From assembly GCA_963700635.1 (NCBI GenBank), contig CAVOYH010000002.1:64001-128000 (forward strand): 64,000 nucleotides of DNA, in the 5' to 3' direction. The translations under genes and the position numbers were made by a program. Of the stretch, positions 18,422 to 28,813 are shown piece after piece. The notes under the pieces are model-generated. The model saw only the letters and a list, made by a program, of their open reading frames with translations. It was not told the DNA's origin and searched no databases. Each line of letters begins with the position of its first letter. The first letter of the stretch is position 1. The DNA is from an uncultured Bacteroidota bacterium (GTDB lineage: Bacteria > Bacteroidota > Ignavibacteria > UBA10030 > UBA6906).

Positions 18422-20369
18422 GGTGATCTCCGCCGCCCGCCGGAACGACGGTCAGGCGGGCAATGTACATGCTTGATCCCGGCGAGGTCCCCGTGATGCC
18501 GGACGCATCCCACAGAACCTGATGAGTGCCAGCCCCGTACGTTCCCTCTGCAATTACCGTCATCTCCTGGCCGACAAGGTTGAACACCCTCAGCTCGATA
18601 CGGGATTCCGATGCGAGCGTGAACCGGATGTGTGTCGTGGGATTAAAGGGATTGGGATAGTTCTGATCAAGCGAGAAACTCGCCGGCACGCCGGATGGTG
18701 TTGAGGGAACGACGCTTGAGACGCTGGGCAGGGCTGATGGATCGATAAAACGTTTTACCGTGCCGAGCCAGTGCACCAGCGTGGCACGATGGCTCCCGTT
18801 GTAGAGGTCGCGGTCTGCCTGAAGCATTGCGTTCGCGGCATCCGCTGCAGTCGAGCCAGTACCGAGGTAGAAGAGACTTTTGATGACAAGCATGTCCGTG
18901 ACGTCTCTTCCCAGTTCATTCCAGATGCCCATAAGTGCTGCTGACCATATCTGCCCTGCGCTGTGGACGGTGAGGGATCCGAACGGATAGGTGCGCTGGT
19001 CATCCAGTTTGCGTCCTGCCCAGAACTCGTTGTGTCCGTCCCACTTGTACACCCAGTTGTAGGGAATGTCGCCGTTCACCCATGATCCTTCGGAGCGGGA
19101 ATAGGAGGCGGCCCAGTAATCGGCATATCCTTCGCCCAGCGCGGCACATTCGCCACCGCCCCAGCCTGCCGCGAAGGTGTACTGGATAGCGTGACCGTAT
19201 TCATGCCAGATAACGTCGGCATCTTCCGCATCATCCACACCGCCTGTTCCGAAGGAAATCCAGTTGCCGGTCGGGCTAAAATGCGAGTTGTCTTTTCCCT
19301 GGAATCCGTGTGGATCAATCCGGATTTGCCTGAGCACCGGGGAAGAAAAACCGAGATCCAGGAGGCGACGGTATGCGGAGCTGACGTGATAATACGCGTT
19401 CACCGCCTCGAAGCCATGCTGCCCGCGTGTGAAAGAAAACCCGTCGGGAGTAGCTGCGGCCGGAATCGTGTCTACCGGAGTTTCAATATCTGCGATGGTG
19501 CAATACGGTCCCTGGAGCCAGAACAACCCCCCGGAGTACGTTATCGAATCCAGCGTCACGAGTGTCCGGTACGCCGTGAGCGAATCAGAATCCCGGTCAT
19601 TGTCATCGACGAACCCCGTCGCGCCATACTGTTGCCGCGCCGCACTCAGCGGGTCAACACGATACACATGCCCCTGTCCCTGCACCCGTTCGCCCTCGCG
19701 AAACTCTACAAAGAGATTCTCATGCTTCAGAACCACCCCTGATTCGGCATCCACGAGCAGTTCCCAATCGCCAGCGGGGTTTTCGCGGGTAAGGGTCACA
19801 CGATAGACAAGATGGTCGACGCCATCAGCCGCCCTGAAGACCATCAACTGCGCGGCGTCGGGTGATCCGATAGAACGGGCATCCGTGCCGAGAAATTCAC
19901 GGGCAGTGGTAATGGCGCGCCGGCTGTCAAGAACCGGTGCAACGGCAACTTCGATATCCGGGATCGTTGTGTTGATAACCATGCCAATGGTGTTGCCCGT
20001 ATTCGTGCTGACAACGATTCGTCCGCCGTAGACAGGGATTCCTCGATGTATCTGGAGAAACCGCGCGTGAGCCCCGCCGGGGACCTGATCGATACGATCG
20101 ACCGACAACGACGAGGCCGCGTCTTGAATGCCGAGCGATGCAGCATGTGTTGCGAGGAATGTGCGGGCCGCCTCTTCAACCGACTGCTGTCCGGCGGGCA
20201 CGGAAAGATTGTACATGGCGCGGACGTGGCCGTGGTTGTCGACCTTCAAGGAGCCGGTGTAGCGCATCGCATCCTGATCGCCGGCAAACGCTGCGTGTGC
20301 GTGGATACACAGAATCGCCGCCGCTACAATACGAAAGATTCCGCGTATCACCGTCCTTGATAGACGCAT
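18387..20369 (-). CDS. M36/M4-like zinc metallopeptidase with propeptide and T9SS-type C-terminal domain
   Basis: Signal peptide, FTP/PepSY-like region, 'HEYGH', 'GEGYAD', C-terminal 'QNYPNPFNPTT'. Confidence 0.88.
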   Translation of the reverse strand: MRLSRTVIRGIFRIVAAAILCIHAHAAFAGDQDAMRYTGSLKVDNHGHVRAMYNLSVPAGQQSVEEAARTFLATHAASLGIQDAASSLSVDRIDQVPGGAHARFLQIHRGIPVYGGRIVVSTNTGNTIGMVINTTIPDIEVAVAPVLDSRRAITTAREFLGTDARSIGSPDAAQLMVFRAADGVDHLVYRVTLTRENPAGDWELLVDAESGVVLKHENLFVEFREGERVQGQGHVYRVDPLSAARQQYGATGFVDDNDRDSDSLTAYRTLVTLDSITYSGGLFWLQGPYCTIADIETPVDTIPAAATPDGFSFTRGQHGFEAVNAYYHVSSAYRRLLDLGFSSPVLRQIRIDPHGFQGKDNSHFSPTGNWISFGTGGVDDAEDADVIWHEYGHAIQYTFAAGWGGGECAALGEGYADYWAASYSRSEGSWVNGDIPYNWVYKWDGHNEFWAGRKLDDQRTYPFGSLTVHSAGQIWSAALMGIWNELGRDVTDMLVIKSLFYLGTGSTAADAANAMLQADRDLYNGSHRATLVHWLGTVKRFIDPSALPSVSSVVPSTPSGVPASFSLDQNYPNPFNPTTHIRFTLASESRIELRVFNLVGQEMTVIAEGTYGAGTHQVLWDASGITGTSPGSSMYIARLTVVPAGGGDHLMFSRKMILLR

Positions 20370-20580
20370 GGAGGAGGCTCTGTTGAGACTAAATGACGTT
20401 GTGTAGTATGACCGGACCTGATTCCCGCGAGGGTGTACGCGGTGCCCGATACTGTATCAATATACTACCTTCATCGCCGATGCGGACGTGCGGGATATCA
20501 CATTTTGTAGAAACGACATGGGTGACACTATCGCTCTTACAAAATCCTGGGGGGGAGTGACGGCTATGTGACTACATAGG

Positions 20581-22821
20581 TTACGGCTCGTTTGTCTGTC
20601 GCAGGAGACCCATTTCCCCGAATGGTACGCTCTTGAAGCCTACCTTTACCAGAGGGGAATCTTCGGGGATTGAGATCCTCCGGTTTACAGGATCGAACAT
20701 GAGGGGTGGAGCCGAAACAAAATAATCCTTTGGAAATTCAACCTGCGCTTGCCGGTCCGTGCGTCTCACGGCGATGTATCCCTCCCGGGTATCGATATCG
20801 AGGTAATACGGGTCCCATCCTTGCTGTCCATCCGCCCTCCTGCGTAGTACGATGGGATCGAAAACGACATTGTCCATAATCGTGCAGATTGACCTGTCGA
20901 AGTCAAGGTAATCGTAAATATCCATCCAGCGCCCACCCATGGATGCATTACGAACGATCCGGTTGTTCATGGGAAGCCGTTCCGTCGGCCCGGGCAGTGA
21001 AGTCAGCTCCGGGTACCGTGTACTGTAAGGGGGGGCGTCGTGAAACATTTCCTTCAGGCCTTCAAAGAGGACGGGGTATGTACCGTCGAAATAATATCCC
21101 GCCCAGCTCAGTCCGCGTGCATCCAGATGGATTGAGGGGGAGCACTCGACATACACGTTGTTCTCCACCACATTGTCTCGGCCGCCGCCGATCAGCGTCG
21201 CACGTCCGGCGCGGTAGAACACGTTCCCGAACACCGTGAACCCGCTGGCCCAATCATCCATGTACATTCCCATGACACCGTGCAGTCCGGGACCCTTAAA
21301 ATCGTGGAAATAGTTATACCGTACGACATTGCCGCGCCAGGTCCAGTTCCGGCCGGTATGGATGGCACCGGCATCTCCCGATTCCTGCATGACATTGTAA
21401 ATTTCCGTGTACTCCACGAGGTGATCGTTACCCTTGATATAGATCGCTTCGAACGGGGCATCGTGAATGAGGCAATGTTCCACTCGCTGTCCGACGCCAT
21501 CCAGGACGACGGCATATCCTCCCGTACGCAACCACCGGCTGTAGTGGTGGACGGCCGTGTTGAACACCACGTGTCCCGCAGGCTCAAGGCTCCGGCGGTT
21601 ACCGCCGGACAGGAGCACACCACCCCGTGCGACATGATCAATTTCCGAGTTGCGCACGGCGTGCCGGGTGCCGCCTTCTATCACGACGGCTTCACTCCCG
21701 AGGTTGCGGAAGGTGCAACGGTCCAGAGTCACGGAAGTGCCACCGCGGACACGGACGCCAATACCCCGGGATGTCTCAAAGGAAATATCCCTCAGAATAA
21801 GGTGTGAGGTGGAATCGCACTGCACAATCGGCCCTTCAAGGAGTGACACTTCGACGGACGAGCCCTCAAGGTGCGCAGGTGGATAGAACAGGAGCAGTCC
21901 CTTCCTGCGGTCCAGATACCACTCGCCGGGGGTATCAAGCTCCTCCATGATGTTCAGAAAATAATAACGCTGGTTCTTGGTGTAGCCGTAATGGTGATGG
22001 GGTTCGGCGAGCGTGATCTCGTGCCCGGCGGTATCAATACTCTTCACCTTCTGGAACGAGTCACTCCAGTCCCACGTCCAGTAACCGTGGAGGAGGATTT
22101 CGTTATCCGGCGACCATGTGGCGGGCCGATCTCCTTCAAAGGAGATGCGTCCGTAATGCCGTCCGACCGGAACATTGTTAAACCGTTTTTCCCGATCCAG
22201 GCCTTTGTTGTACAGCGAATCGCCGTGTTGCGGCACATCCGTGATGTACAACCAATCGTTGTTCGGCCAGCGGGCTGGCTGCATCCGCTCCCCTCGAAAA
22301 AATAACTCCATGCCAGGGTTACCTCGCGGCGCGATTGTTCCGTAGTCGCGGACCCCCATTAAGCGAAGGTCAAGCTGGACGATGTTCCGTACCAGTTCAG
22401 GCCTGATACGGTGGAGCGCGACAGAATCCGTCACCGCCGTAAAGCGGGAAAGGGCAGTGCCGCCGATCACCCTGACTTTCTCCCCGGGGAAAGCAGTCCA
22501 GACCACAGGAAACTCGGCTGTGCCACCGTCACCCGCACCAAGCAGGAGCGTCTTCGGACACTCGTACGTGCCTCCCCGGATGACAACCATGAACGTGTCT
22601 TCCTGAGCCAGGATCGACTGGTGCAGGCGCCGCAGAACTGAGTTAGCAAATTCGAGCGTTGCTACCGGTCCGTCAGTTCCCGAAGGATCGGGGTAGGGCA
22701 AGCGGCCGGACCAATGGTCGCTCCCGTTTGTCGCGACATACACCGTTGATCCCGGCGAGACAGGTGCGGTAAAGGCAGAGCACGTTAATGAGATCAGAAG
22801 GAAGAGAACGGAAATTTTCAT
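20581..22821 (-). CDS. Right-handed parallel beta-helix protein (pectin-lyase-like), exported
   Basis: Signal peptide MKISVLFLL, 'YVATNGSD..SG', 'ARWPN', 'ELDTPGEWY', 'DAGAI', 'YMDD', repeated beta-helix pattern. Confidence 0.82.
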   Translation of the reverse strand: MKISVLFLLISLTCSAFTAPVSPGSTVYVATNGSDHWSGRLPYPDPSGTDGPVATLEFANSVLRRLHQSILAQEDTFMVVIRGGTYECPKTLLLGAGDGGTAEFPVVWTAFPGEKVRVIGGTALSRFTAVTDSVALHRIRPELVRNIVQLDLRLMGVRDYGTIAPRGNPGMELFFRGERMQPARWPNNDWLYITDVPQHGDSLYNKGLDREKRFNNVPVGRHYGRISFEGDRPATWSPDNEILLHGYWTWDWSDSFQKVKSIDTAGHEITLAEPHHHYGYTKNQRYYFLNIMEELDTPGEWYLDRRKGLLLFYPPAHLEGSSVEVSLLEGPIVQCDSTSHLILRDISFETSRGIGVRVRGGTSVTLDRCTFRNLGSEAVVIEGGTRHAVRNSEIDHVARGGVLLSGGNRRSLEPAGHVVFNTAVHHYSRWLRTGGYAVVLDGVGQRVEHCLIHDAPFEAIYIKGNDHLVEYTEIYNVMQESGDAGAIHTGRNWTWRGNVVRYNYFHDFKGPGLHGVMGMYMDDWASGFTVFGNVFYRAGRATLIGGGRDNVVENNVYVECSPSIHLDARGLSWAGYYFDGTYPVLFEGLKEMFHDAPPYSTRYPELTSLPGPTERLPMNNRIVRNASMGGRWMDIYDYLDFDRSICTIMDNVVFDPIVLRRRADGQQGWDPYYLDIDTREGYIAVRRTDRQAQVEFPKDYFVSAPPLMFDPVNRRISIPEDSPLVKVGFKSVPFGEMGLLRQTNEP

Positions 22822-22822
22822 G

Positions 22823-23818
22823 TCACCTCGTTGGGCAAAAAGTGGAATGGAGGTACCTCGCAGCCGCAATGCCGGAGAGGGCGGCGCTCTCACAATCGCC
22901 TCCACCGAACGCTTCGCCCGCCAGAACAAGCGGCGGAGTCTCACGCGCAGCCAGGAATGGGACCTGGAGGGTCCGTATTGGCTGACTGTATCGCCATCGG
23001 TGAAGCTGCGTTGATACGACAGAGGATGTCAGCAGGGTCCGGACTGCGCCGAGTAACACTTCGGTTACGTGTTCAGCCGGTTCGTCGAACATCCGATTGC
23101 TAAACACTTCGCCGGCATACACGGTCACGGATCCCGGAAGCGCATCAACACCCTTGGTGTGATTGTCGGTGATCCAGGCCAGCGGATCCCCGTCCAGGGC
23201 CATCGCCCCCGGATCAGGGAGTCCCGCGGGTCCGTCCAGAACCAGCATCAATGCGAAACATGGCACGTATTTGATCGAGAGCAGCTGAGTCAGGATCTCC
23301 GGCGGGATCGGCACGTTTCCGGCTTCGAGCATAGCCAAAGTTTGCGGGACGGGAGACGTTATCAGAAGGGCCTGGGACATATAGACGTCCCCGCGAGATG
23401 TCTCGATGCTCCAGGCGTCCTGCGAGATGCGTACAGCCGTGACCTGTTTCCGCAGTTCTACGGTGAGGCCGCTGGCGAGGGATTTTGGAACGGCCGTCAT
23501 GGCGGGAACGCCCCTGTAGAACGGTCCGGGGTGTCTCTTCTCCCGGGGAATCCGTGAAACATCTGGATGCCATTCCGCGAGGAGGCCTGATGCCTGCCAC
23601 GAGGTGAGCAACGACTGGAAGTGGGGAGTCCGCGCTGCCAGGAACTGGGCTCCGAAGTCGAAGGAATGTTCACCTGCGCGGCGTGTTGCCATACGGCCGC
23701 CAACGCCCCTGGCTTTTTCCAGGATCGTTGCTTTGCAGCCGTGGCGGGCTAATGTATCGGCTGCCAGCAATCCGGCAATACCTGCGCCGATTACTGTACA
23801 GGTCGGTTGTGCGTCCAT
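22823..23818 (-). CDS. Renalase-like FAD-dependent oxidoreductase
   Basis: 'VIGAGIAG', 'EKARGVGGRMATRR', 'DFGAQF', 'HRWRYS', 'SAALSG'. Confidence 0.88.
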   Translation of the reverse strand: MDAQPTCTVIGAGIAGLLAADTLARHGCKATILEKARGVGGRMATRRAGEHSFDFGAQFLAARTPHFQSLLTSWQASGLLAEWHPDVSRIPREKRHPGPFYRGVPAMTAVPKSLASGLTVELRKQVTAVRISQDAWSIETSRGDVYMSQALLITSPVPQTLAMLEAGNVPIPPEILTQLLSIKYVPCFALMLVLDGPAGLPDPGAMALDGDPLAWITDNHTKGVDALPGSVTVYAGEVFSNRMFDEPAEHVTEVLLGAVRTLLTSSVVSTQLHRWRYSQPIRTLQVPFLAARETPPLVLAGEAFGGGDCESAALSGIAAARYLHSTFCPTR

Positions 23819-23873
23819 AGTGGTGGCGATTCGAATAGCCCGAATGTACACACTCTCAGGAAGATATCCAACG

Positions 23874-23902
23874 TTGCCGATGCAATAGATTTGTTGTATC
23901 TT
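23874..23902 (+). promoter_or_regulatory. Putative promoter for a leaderless cupin mRNA
   Basis: TTGCCG-N17-TATCTT, then 6 nt, then ATG 23909. Confidence 0.45.
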
Positions 23903-23908
23903 TACGGA

Positions 23909-24411
23909 ATGTCTGACGCACAATTCTGGATCCGGACACTTGGCCTGGAGCGCCATTCTGAAGGCGGGTGGTATCGCGAAACCTACCGCTCGTCTGAGTC
24001 TCTTCCGTCTTCGTCGCTCCCGGAACGGTATGTCGGTAGCCGGCCGTATGCCACTTCGATTTATTTCCTTCTTGATGGACAGGATGTTTCACATTTCCAT
24101 CGCCTGCTCTCCGACGAGATGTGGCACTTCTATGAAGGGAGCGGACTCACTCTCCATCTCCTTCATCCCGATGGGTCATATTCCAGTGCCCGCCTCGGTC
24201 CACGCCATGAAGAGGGGGAACGATTCCAGATTCTAGTCCCTCGGGGAATCTGGATGGGGCGGAAGTGGACGATCACCGGGGCTATGCGCTTCTCGGTTGC
24301 ACAGTGACCCCCGGTTTTGAATATGATGATTTTGCGCTGGGTTCCCGTTCGGAGTTGATTTTGCTCTGTCCGGAGCAGCAAGCACTTATTGAACGACTCA
24401 CAACCCCCTGA
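23909..24411 (+). pseudogene. Cupin_5 (DUF985) protein with a 1-bp frameshift at the G run 24256-24259 (probable assembly error)
   Basis: 'HSEGGWYRET', 'TSIYFLL', 'SHFHRL.SDE.WHFY'. Adding one G restores 'GAEVDDHRGYALLGCTVTPGFEYDDF' through to TGA at 24409-24411. Confidence 0.85.
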
Positions 24412-24417
24412 TGATGT

Positions 24418-25398
24418 ATGCTTTTTGACCTGCCGCTTGAAGAACTCAGAGTGTACACGCCACCGCGGATGGAGCCTTCTGATTTCGGAGACTTCTGGGA
24501 CCGGACTCTTGCTGCCGCGAGAACTTTCCCGATGAACGTGGAGATGGTTGTCTATCCTCACCAACCTTCAACGGTTGAAGTTTTTGATGTCAGCTTCCCC
24601 GGCTATGGCGGGCAGGAGGTCAAGGGGTGGTTAATACTTCCCCGGCAACGGACAGGCGCGCTGCCCTGTGTTGTTGAATATATCGGGTACGGCGGGGGAC
24701 GCGGCCTGCCTTTCGACTGGTTGCTCTGGAGTGCCTTTGGGTATGCGCACTTTGTCATGGACACACGGGGCCAGGGGAGTCTGTGGCTGCCGGGCGACAC
24801 GCCGGACATCGAGGACCTTGTAGGAAATCCGCAGGCTCCCGGTTTTATGACCCGGGGGATTCTCTCTCCTGACACGTATTACTACCGCCGCGTGTTCACC
24901 GACGCAGTGCGGGCCATCGATGCGGTACGCAGCCTGGAGCAGATTGACGCTTCACAGATTGTTGTGACCGGCGGAAGCCAGGGGGGCGGCATAAGTCTGG
25001 CTGTGGCGGGTCTTGTTCCCGATCTTGCGGGGGCGATGCCGGATGTTCCGTTTCTCTGTCATGTTAAGGTCGCAACGGAGATTACCGACAGGGATCCCTA
25101 CCAGGAGATCGTCCGATTCTGCAAGATTCACAGAGCCCGGACCGACAGGGTCTTTTCGACACTTGCGTATTTTGACGGGGTGAACTTCGCCGCACGGGCG
25201 GGGTGCCCGGCCCTGTTTTCAGTCGGGTTGATGGATGATGTGTGTCCGCCCCGCACGGTCTTCGCCGCGTACAATCATTACGCCGGGGTGAAGGATATCC
25301 GTGTATGGCCCTACAACCAGCATGAAGGAGGGCAGGGAGCCCAGACCCTCGAAAAAATCACCTGGCTGCGGCAAAGAGCAGTCGTCCCGGGGCACTAG
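24418..25398 (+). CDS. Acetylxylan esterase / cephalosporin-C deacetylase (CE7)
   Basis: 'GYGGGRG', 'DTRGQG', 'GGSQGGG', 'DDVCPP', 'HEGG'. Confidence 0.92.
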   Translation: MLFDLPLEELRVYTPPRMEPSDFGDFWDRTLAAARTFPMNVEMVVYPHQPSTVEVFDVSFPGYGGQEVKGWLILPRQRTGALPCVVEYIGYGGGRGLPFDWLLWSAFGYAHFVMDTRGQGSLWLPGDTPDIEDLVGNPQAPGFMTRGILSPDTYYYRRVFTDAVRAIDAVRSLEQIDASQIVVTGGSQGGGISLAVAGLVPDLAGAMPDVPFLCHVKVATEITDRDPYQEIVRFCKIHRARTDRVFSTLAYFDGVNFAARAGCPALFSVGLMDDVCPPRTVFAAYNHYAGVKDIRVWPYNQHEGGQGAQTLEKITWLRQRAVVPGH

Positions 25399-25471
25399 AT
25401 CACTCTGCCGTCGGGGCTATTCCTGAGAGAATGCCGGCTCCTGACCGCGCAGCGCGGACAACCGATGATTC

Positions 25472-26392
25472 TCAGCGGAGCTGGTCCGGGACCAGGGCCT
25501 TGATAACTTTCAGGGCGATTTCCGTGCCGACCCGTTCCTGTGCTTCAATGGTCGAACCGCCGATATGCGGGGACACGCTCACCCGCGGGTGATTGATCAG
25601 TGCACGTTCGTCTTCCGAGGGTGGTTCGTGTTCGAATACATCCAGTGCCGCAGCAGCCACCTTCCCGCTCTCCAATGCTGCGAGGAGAGCTTTCTGATCC
25701 ACGACTCCGCCGCGCGCGCAGTTGACGATCACCACCCCTTTTTTCATCATATCAAATTCTTTTTTGCCGATGATCGCCCCGGACTTTTTGTCAAAAGGGA
25801 GATGCAGGGTAATAAAATCTGACCGGGTGAGCAGCTTCTCGAGTGTCGTGACCTCCACGATGAAGTCCATGGGGGTGAACGGCGGATCGTATGCCAGCAC
25901 ATGCATACCGAATCCGAGGGCGCGCCGGGCAACTTCTTTACCGATGTTTCCCAGTCCGAGGATCCCGAGGGTCTTTTTGTAGAGTTCAATCCCCGCGCCA
26001 AATTCCTTTTTCGGCCAGTTGCCCTGGCGCATCTGCATGCTGCTGATATGCAGGAAGCGGCTTACGGCGAGCATGTGGGCCAGCGTCAGTTCGGCGACCG
26101 ATACGGCTGACGCACCGGGAGTATTCAACACAGGGATATCACGGGCAGCAGCGGCCGTGGCGTCAATATTATCCAACCCGACACCGCCGCGGGCAATAAC
26201 CTTGAGGTTCTTGCCGGCCGCGATCACTTCTTTGGTGACTTTTGTAGCAGAGCGGACGATGATTGCATCGTAACTCCCGATACGGGCGACAAGTTCTTCG
26301 GGAGAGAGCTTCACCTTGTCAACTTCCATTCCTGCGTCAGTGAGCACCTTCGCTCCGTCAGGAGAAATGCCGTCGGTTATGAGGATCTTCAT
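25472..26392 (-). CDS. D-2-hydroxyacid dehydrogenase (short SerA-like, no ACT domain)
   Basis: 'VRSATKV', 'RGGVGLDNID', 'GLGNIG', 'NCARGGV', 'DVFEHEP', 'PHIGGST'. Confidence 0.9.
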   Translation of the reverse strand: MKILITDGISPDGAKVLTDAGMEVDKVKLSPEELVARIGSYDAIIVRSATKVTKEVIAAGKNLKVIARGGVGLDNIDATAAAARDIPVLNTPGASAVSVAELTLAHMLAVSRFLHISSMQMRQGNWPKKEFGAGIELYKKTLGILGLGNIGKEVARRALGFGMHVLAYDPPFTPMDFIVEVTTLEKLLTRSDFITLHLPFDKKSGAIIGKKEFDMMKKGVVIVNCARGGVVDQKALLAALESGKVAAAALDVFEHEPPSEDERALINHPRVSVSPHIGGSTIEAQERVGTEIALKVIKALVPDQLR

Positions 26393-26488
26393 GGGGGTAC
26401 TCCGATTGCTGGTGGATAAGAACACTGGGGAGGAAACACCAGAAGATACTCAAACGTAAATCAAGCTGCAAGGGATCCGGCCGGTAAC

Positions 26489-26517
26489 TTGCTTGTTGAA
26501 CGGGCTTTAAGTAAATT
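26489..26517 (+). promoter_or_regulatory. Putative sigma70-type promoter
   Basis: TTGCTT-N17-TAAATT, about 50 nt before ATG 26567. Confidence 0.45.
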
Positions 26518-26566
26518 GCGCCTCACCGAGTAGCCCATCATATCTCACCAGGCCCTTGTTGAACTC

Positions 26567-27635
26567 ATGACTTCCAAAGAACGGGTGAAGCGTGCCTTCG
26601 CACACGAAATACCGGACCGTGTTCCAATCGACTATCTTGCCAACCCCGGGATTGATGGCCGCCTGAAGGACCATTTTGGGTTAACGCGGGATGATGACGA
26701 GGGACTCCGCCGCGCACTGGGTGTGGACTTCATCGAGATTATCCCGCCGTACACAGGACCCGGGCTCCATCCTGATGTGGAAGGGAGGCACATTGACCTG
26801 TGGGGGATCCATACGCGGTGGGTGGAGCATGAAAGCGGCGGATACTGGGACTATTGCGACTTTCCCCTGCGCGGTGCAGACCTTGAGGCGGTGGAAGCAT
26901 GGCCGATGCCTTCGCCTGACGACTTCGATTACGACGCTGTTCCCGCGCTCTGCAAGGGGATGAAAGACTACTGCCTGCTGATCGGAAATCCCGGTGCGGC
27001 GGACATGATCAATACGGCGGGTATGATACGCGGGGTTGAAGATGTGCTGATTGGTCTTATGACAGATGATGAAGCGTGCCTCCGCTTTATGGAGCGGAAG
27101 AATGAAGTTCAGCTCAGGATGCTCGAGCGTGCCATTGAAGCGGCAAAAGGCGCAATTGATATTCTCTGGCTGGGCGAGGACCTCGGAACGCAACGGGGAC
27201 AGATGATCAGTCTGGAGTTATACCGCAAGCATATCCGTCCCCAGCACCGGAAATTCGCAGACCTCGCAAAACATTTTGGTATCCCGGTCATGATGCACTC
27301 CTGCGGTTCCAGCAGCTGGGCATTCGACGATTTTCTGGAGATCGGGATCACCATCGTGGACACGTTGCAACCGGAGGCGAAGGATATGGCCCCCGCGATA
27401 TCTGAAGAAGCGGTATGGAGAACGGATGTCGTTTCACGGCTGCATCTCCACCGCCGGTGCCGTGGCACGCGGGTCGGTGGAAGACACGGTTGCCACGGTT
27501 CAGGAGACGCTGGAGGTGATGATGCCCGGGGGCGGGTATGCACTTTCACCGACACATCTTCTGCAGGACAACTCGCCGACCGAAAATGTGGTTGCGCTCT
27601 ATGAGGCGGCGAAAAAGTATGGCCGGTATACGTAA
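26567..27635 (+). pseudogene. Uroporphyrinogen-decarboxylase-family (URO-D/MtaA-like) protein with a 1-bp frameshift at ~27398 (probable assembly error)
   Basis: 'MTSKERV…PDRVP', 'EDLGTQ', 'MHSCG'. Removing one base gives 'MAPAYLKKRYGERMSFHGCIS…GGGYALSPTH…ENV'. Confidence 0.85.
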
Positions 27636-27703
27636 GCGGCGTGTTCGCCCGAGCAGGGCTGCCGCCAGGGAAGTTGCAGGTTTCGTATCGTTGGAGGATA
27701 ACC

Positions 27704-28813
27704 ATGGACATCGGCGTACCCCGCGAACAGCGGCCAGATGAATATCGTGTCGGCCTTACACCGGCCGGCGTTGAATTACTCACCGGGGCCGGGCACACGT
27801 GTTATGTTGAGCTCGATGCCGGTTCGGGAGCAGGTTTTTCGGACCTGGACTACCAGAATGCCGGCGCGCGTATTGTGTATTCCCCTGAGGAACTCTACGG
27901 CAGGGCGGCATTGGTGGTGAAAGTCGGCCGTCCGACAGCCGGAGAGGTCGACCTGCTTCAAGACGGCTGTATCCTGATGGGATTCCTGCATCTCTCCGTT
28001 GCACGCCCGGAACGGATTGCAGCACTCCTCAAGAAGAATATCACCGCCCTCTCCTATGAGCTGATCCAGGAGCCCGACGGGACCCTTCCCGTACAGGTGC
28101 CGTTGAGCCAGGCGGCAGGGAGGATGACACCCCAGATTGCGGCCGTCCTGATGCAGAATAATCACGGGGGCAAAGGTATCCTTCTGGGCGGCGTACCGGG
28201 TGTCCCCCCTGCCGAAGTGGCCATCATAGGTGCCGGGAGTTATGGAACTGCCGCCGCCCATGCGTTCCTCCGTCAGGGCGCCAGCGTGTACGTGCTGGAT
28301 AAGGACCTCCGGAAGCTGCAGGAAATCGATGACGCGCATGGCGGTCTCGGGCGCCTTGTGACGATGGTCTCACACGAATTTAACCTCCGCAAGGTCATGA
28401 AATTCGCAGATGTGCTGGTGGGGGCGGTGCTCGTGCCGGGAACCCGTTCTCCCATCGTAATCACTCGTGAGCTCGTCAAACTCATGCGGCCTCGCTCGGT
28501 GATCATGGATATCTCCATCGACCAGGGAGGATGTGTTGAAACCAGCCGTCCCACCACCCACCGGGATCCGGTGTTTGTCGAGGAGAATATCATTCATTAT
28601 TGTGTGCCGAACATGACGTCGGTGGTGGCGCGGACCGCGACGCACGCGTTTAACAATGCAGCGTGGCCGTACATCTATACGATTGCGAAAAGTGGTCTTG
28701 ACGCTGCCCTGGCTGGATCCTCCGCTCTTGCGCTCGGCGTCGCTACCCACGGCGGCAAGGTGCTGAATCAGACCCTTGCTGCAGGCCTCGGGCGGAAGGA
28801 GAAGGCACAATGA
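27704..28813 (+). CDS. ald: Alanine dehydrogenase-family protein (atypical active site)
   Basis: 'EYRVGLTP', 'GFLHL', 'GKGILLGGVPGV', 'ISIDQGGC', 'HYCVPNM'. Has KVGRP in place of the canonical KVKEP. Confidence 0.85.
   Translation: MDIGVPREQRPDEYRVGLTPAGVELLTGAGHTCYVELDAGSGAGFSDLDYQNAGARIVYSPEELYGRAALVVKVGRPTAGEVDLLQDGCILMGFLHLSVARPERIAALLKKNITALSYELIQEPDGTLPVQVPLSQAAGRMTPQIAAVLMQNNHGGKGILLGGVPGVPPAEVAIIGAGSYGTAAAHAFLRQGASVYVLDKDLRKLQEIDDAHGGLGRLVTMVSHEFNLRKVMKFADVLVGAVLVPGTRSPIVITRELVKLMRPRSVIMDISIDQGGCVETSRPTTHRDPVFVEENIIHYCVPNMTSVVARTATHAFNNAAWPYIYTIAKSGLDAALAGSSALALGVATHGGKVLNQTLAAGLGRKEKAQ

Noticed and set aside
20501-20545. Imperfect inverted repeat ATTTTGTA…TACAAAAT
   Set aside because: Weak interrupted stem; at most a terminator of the beta-helix gene.
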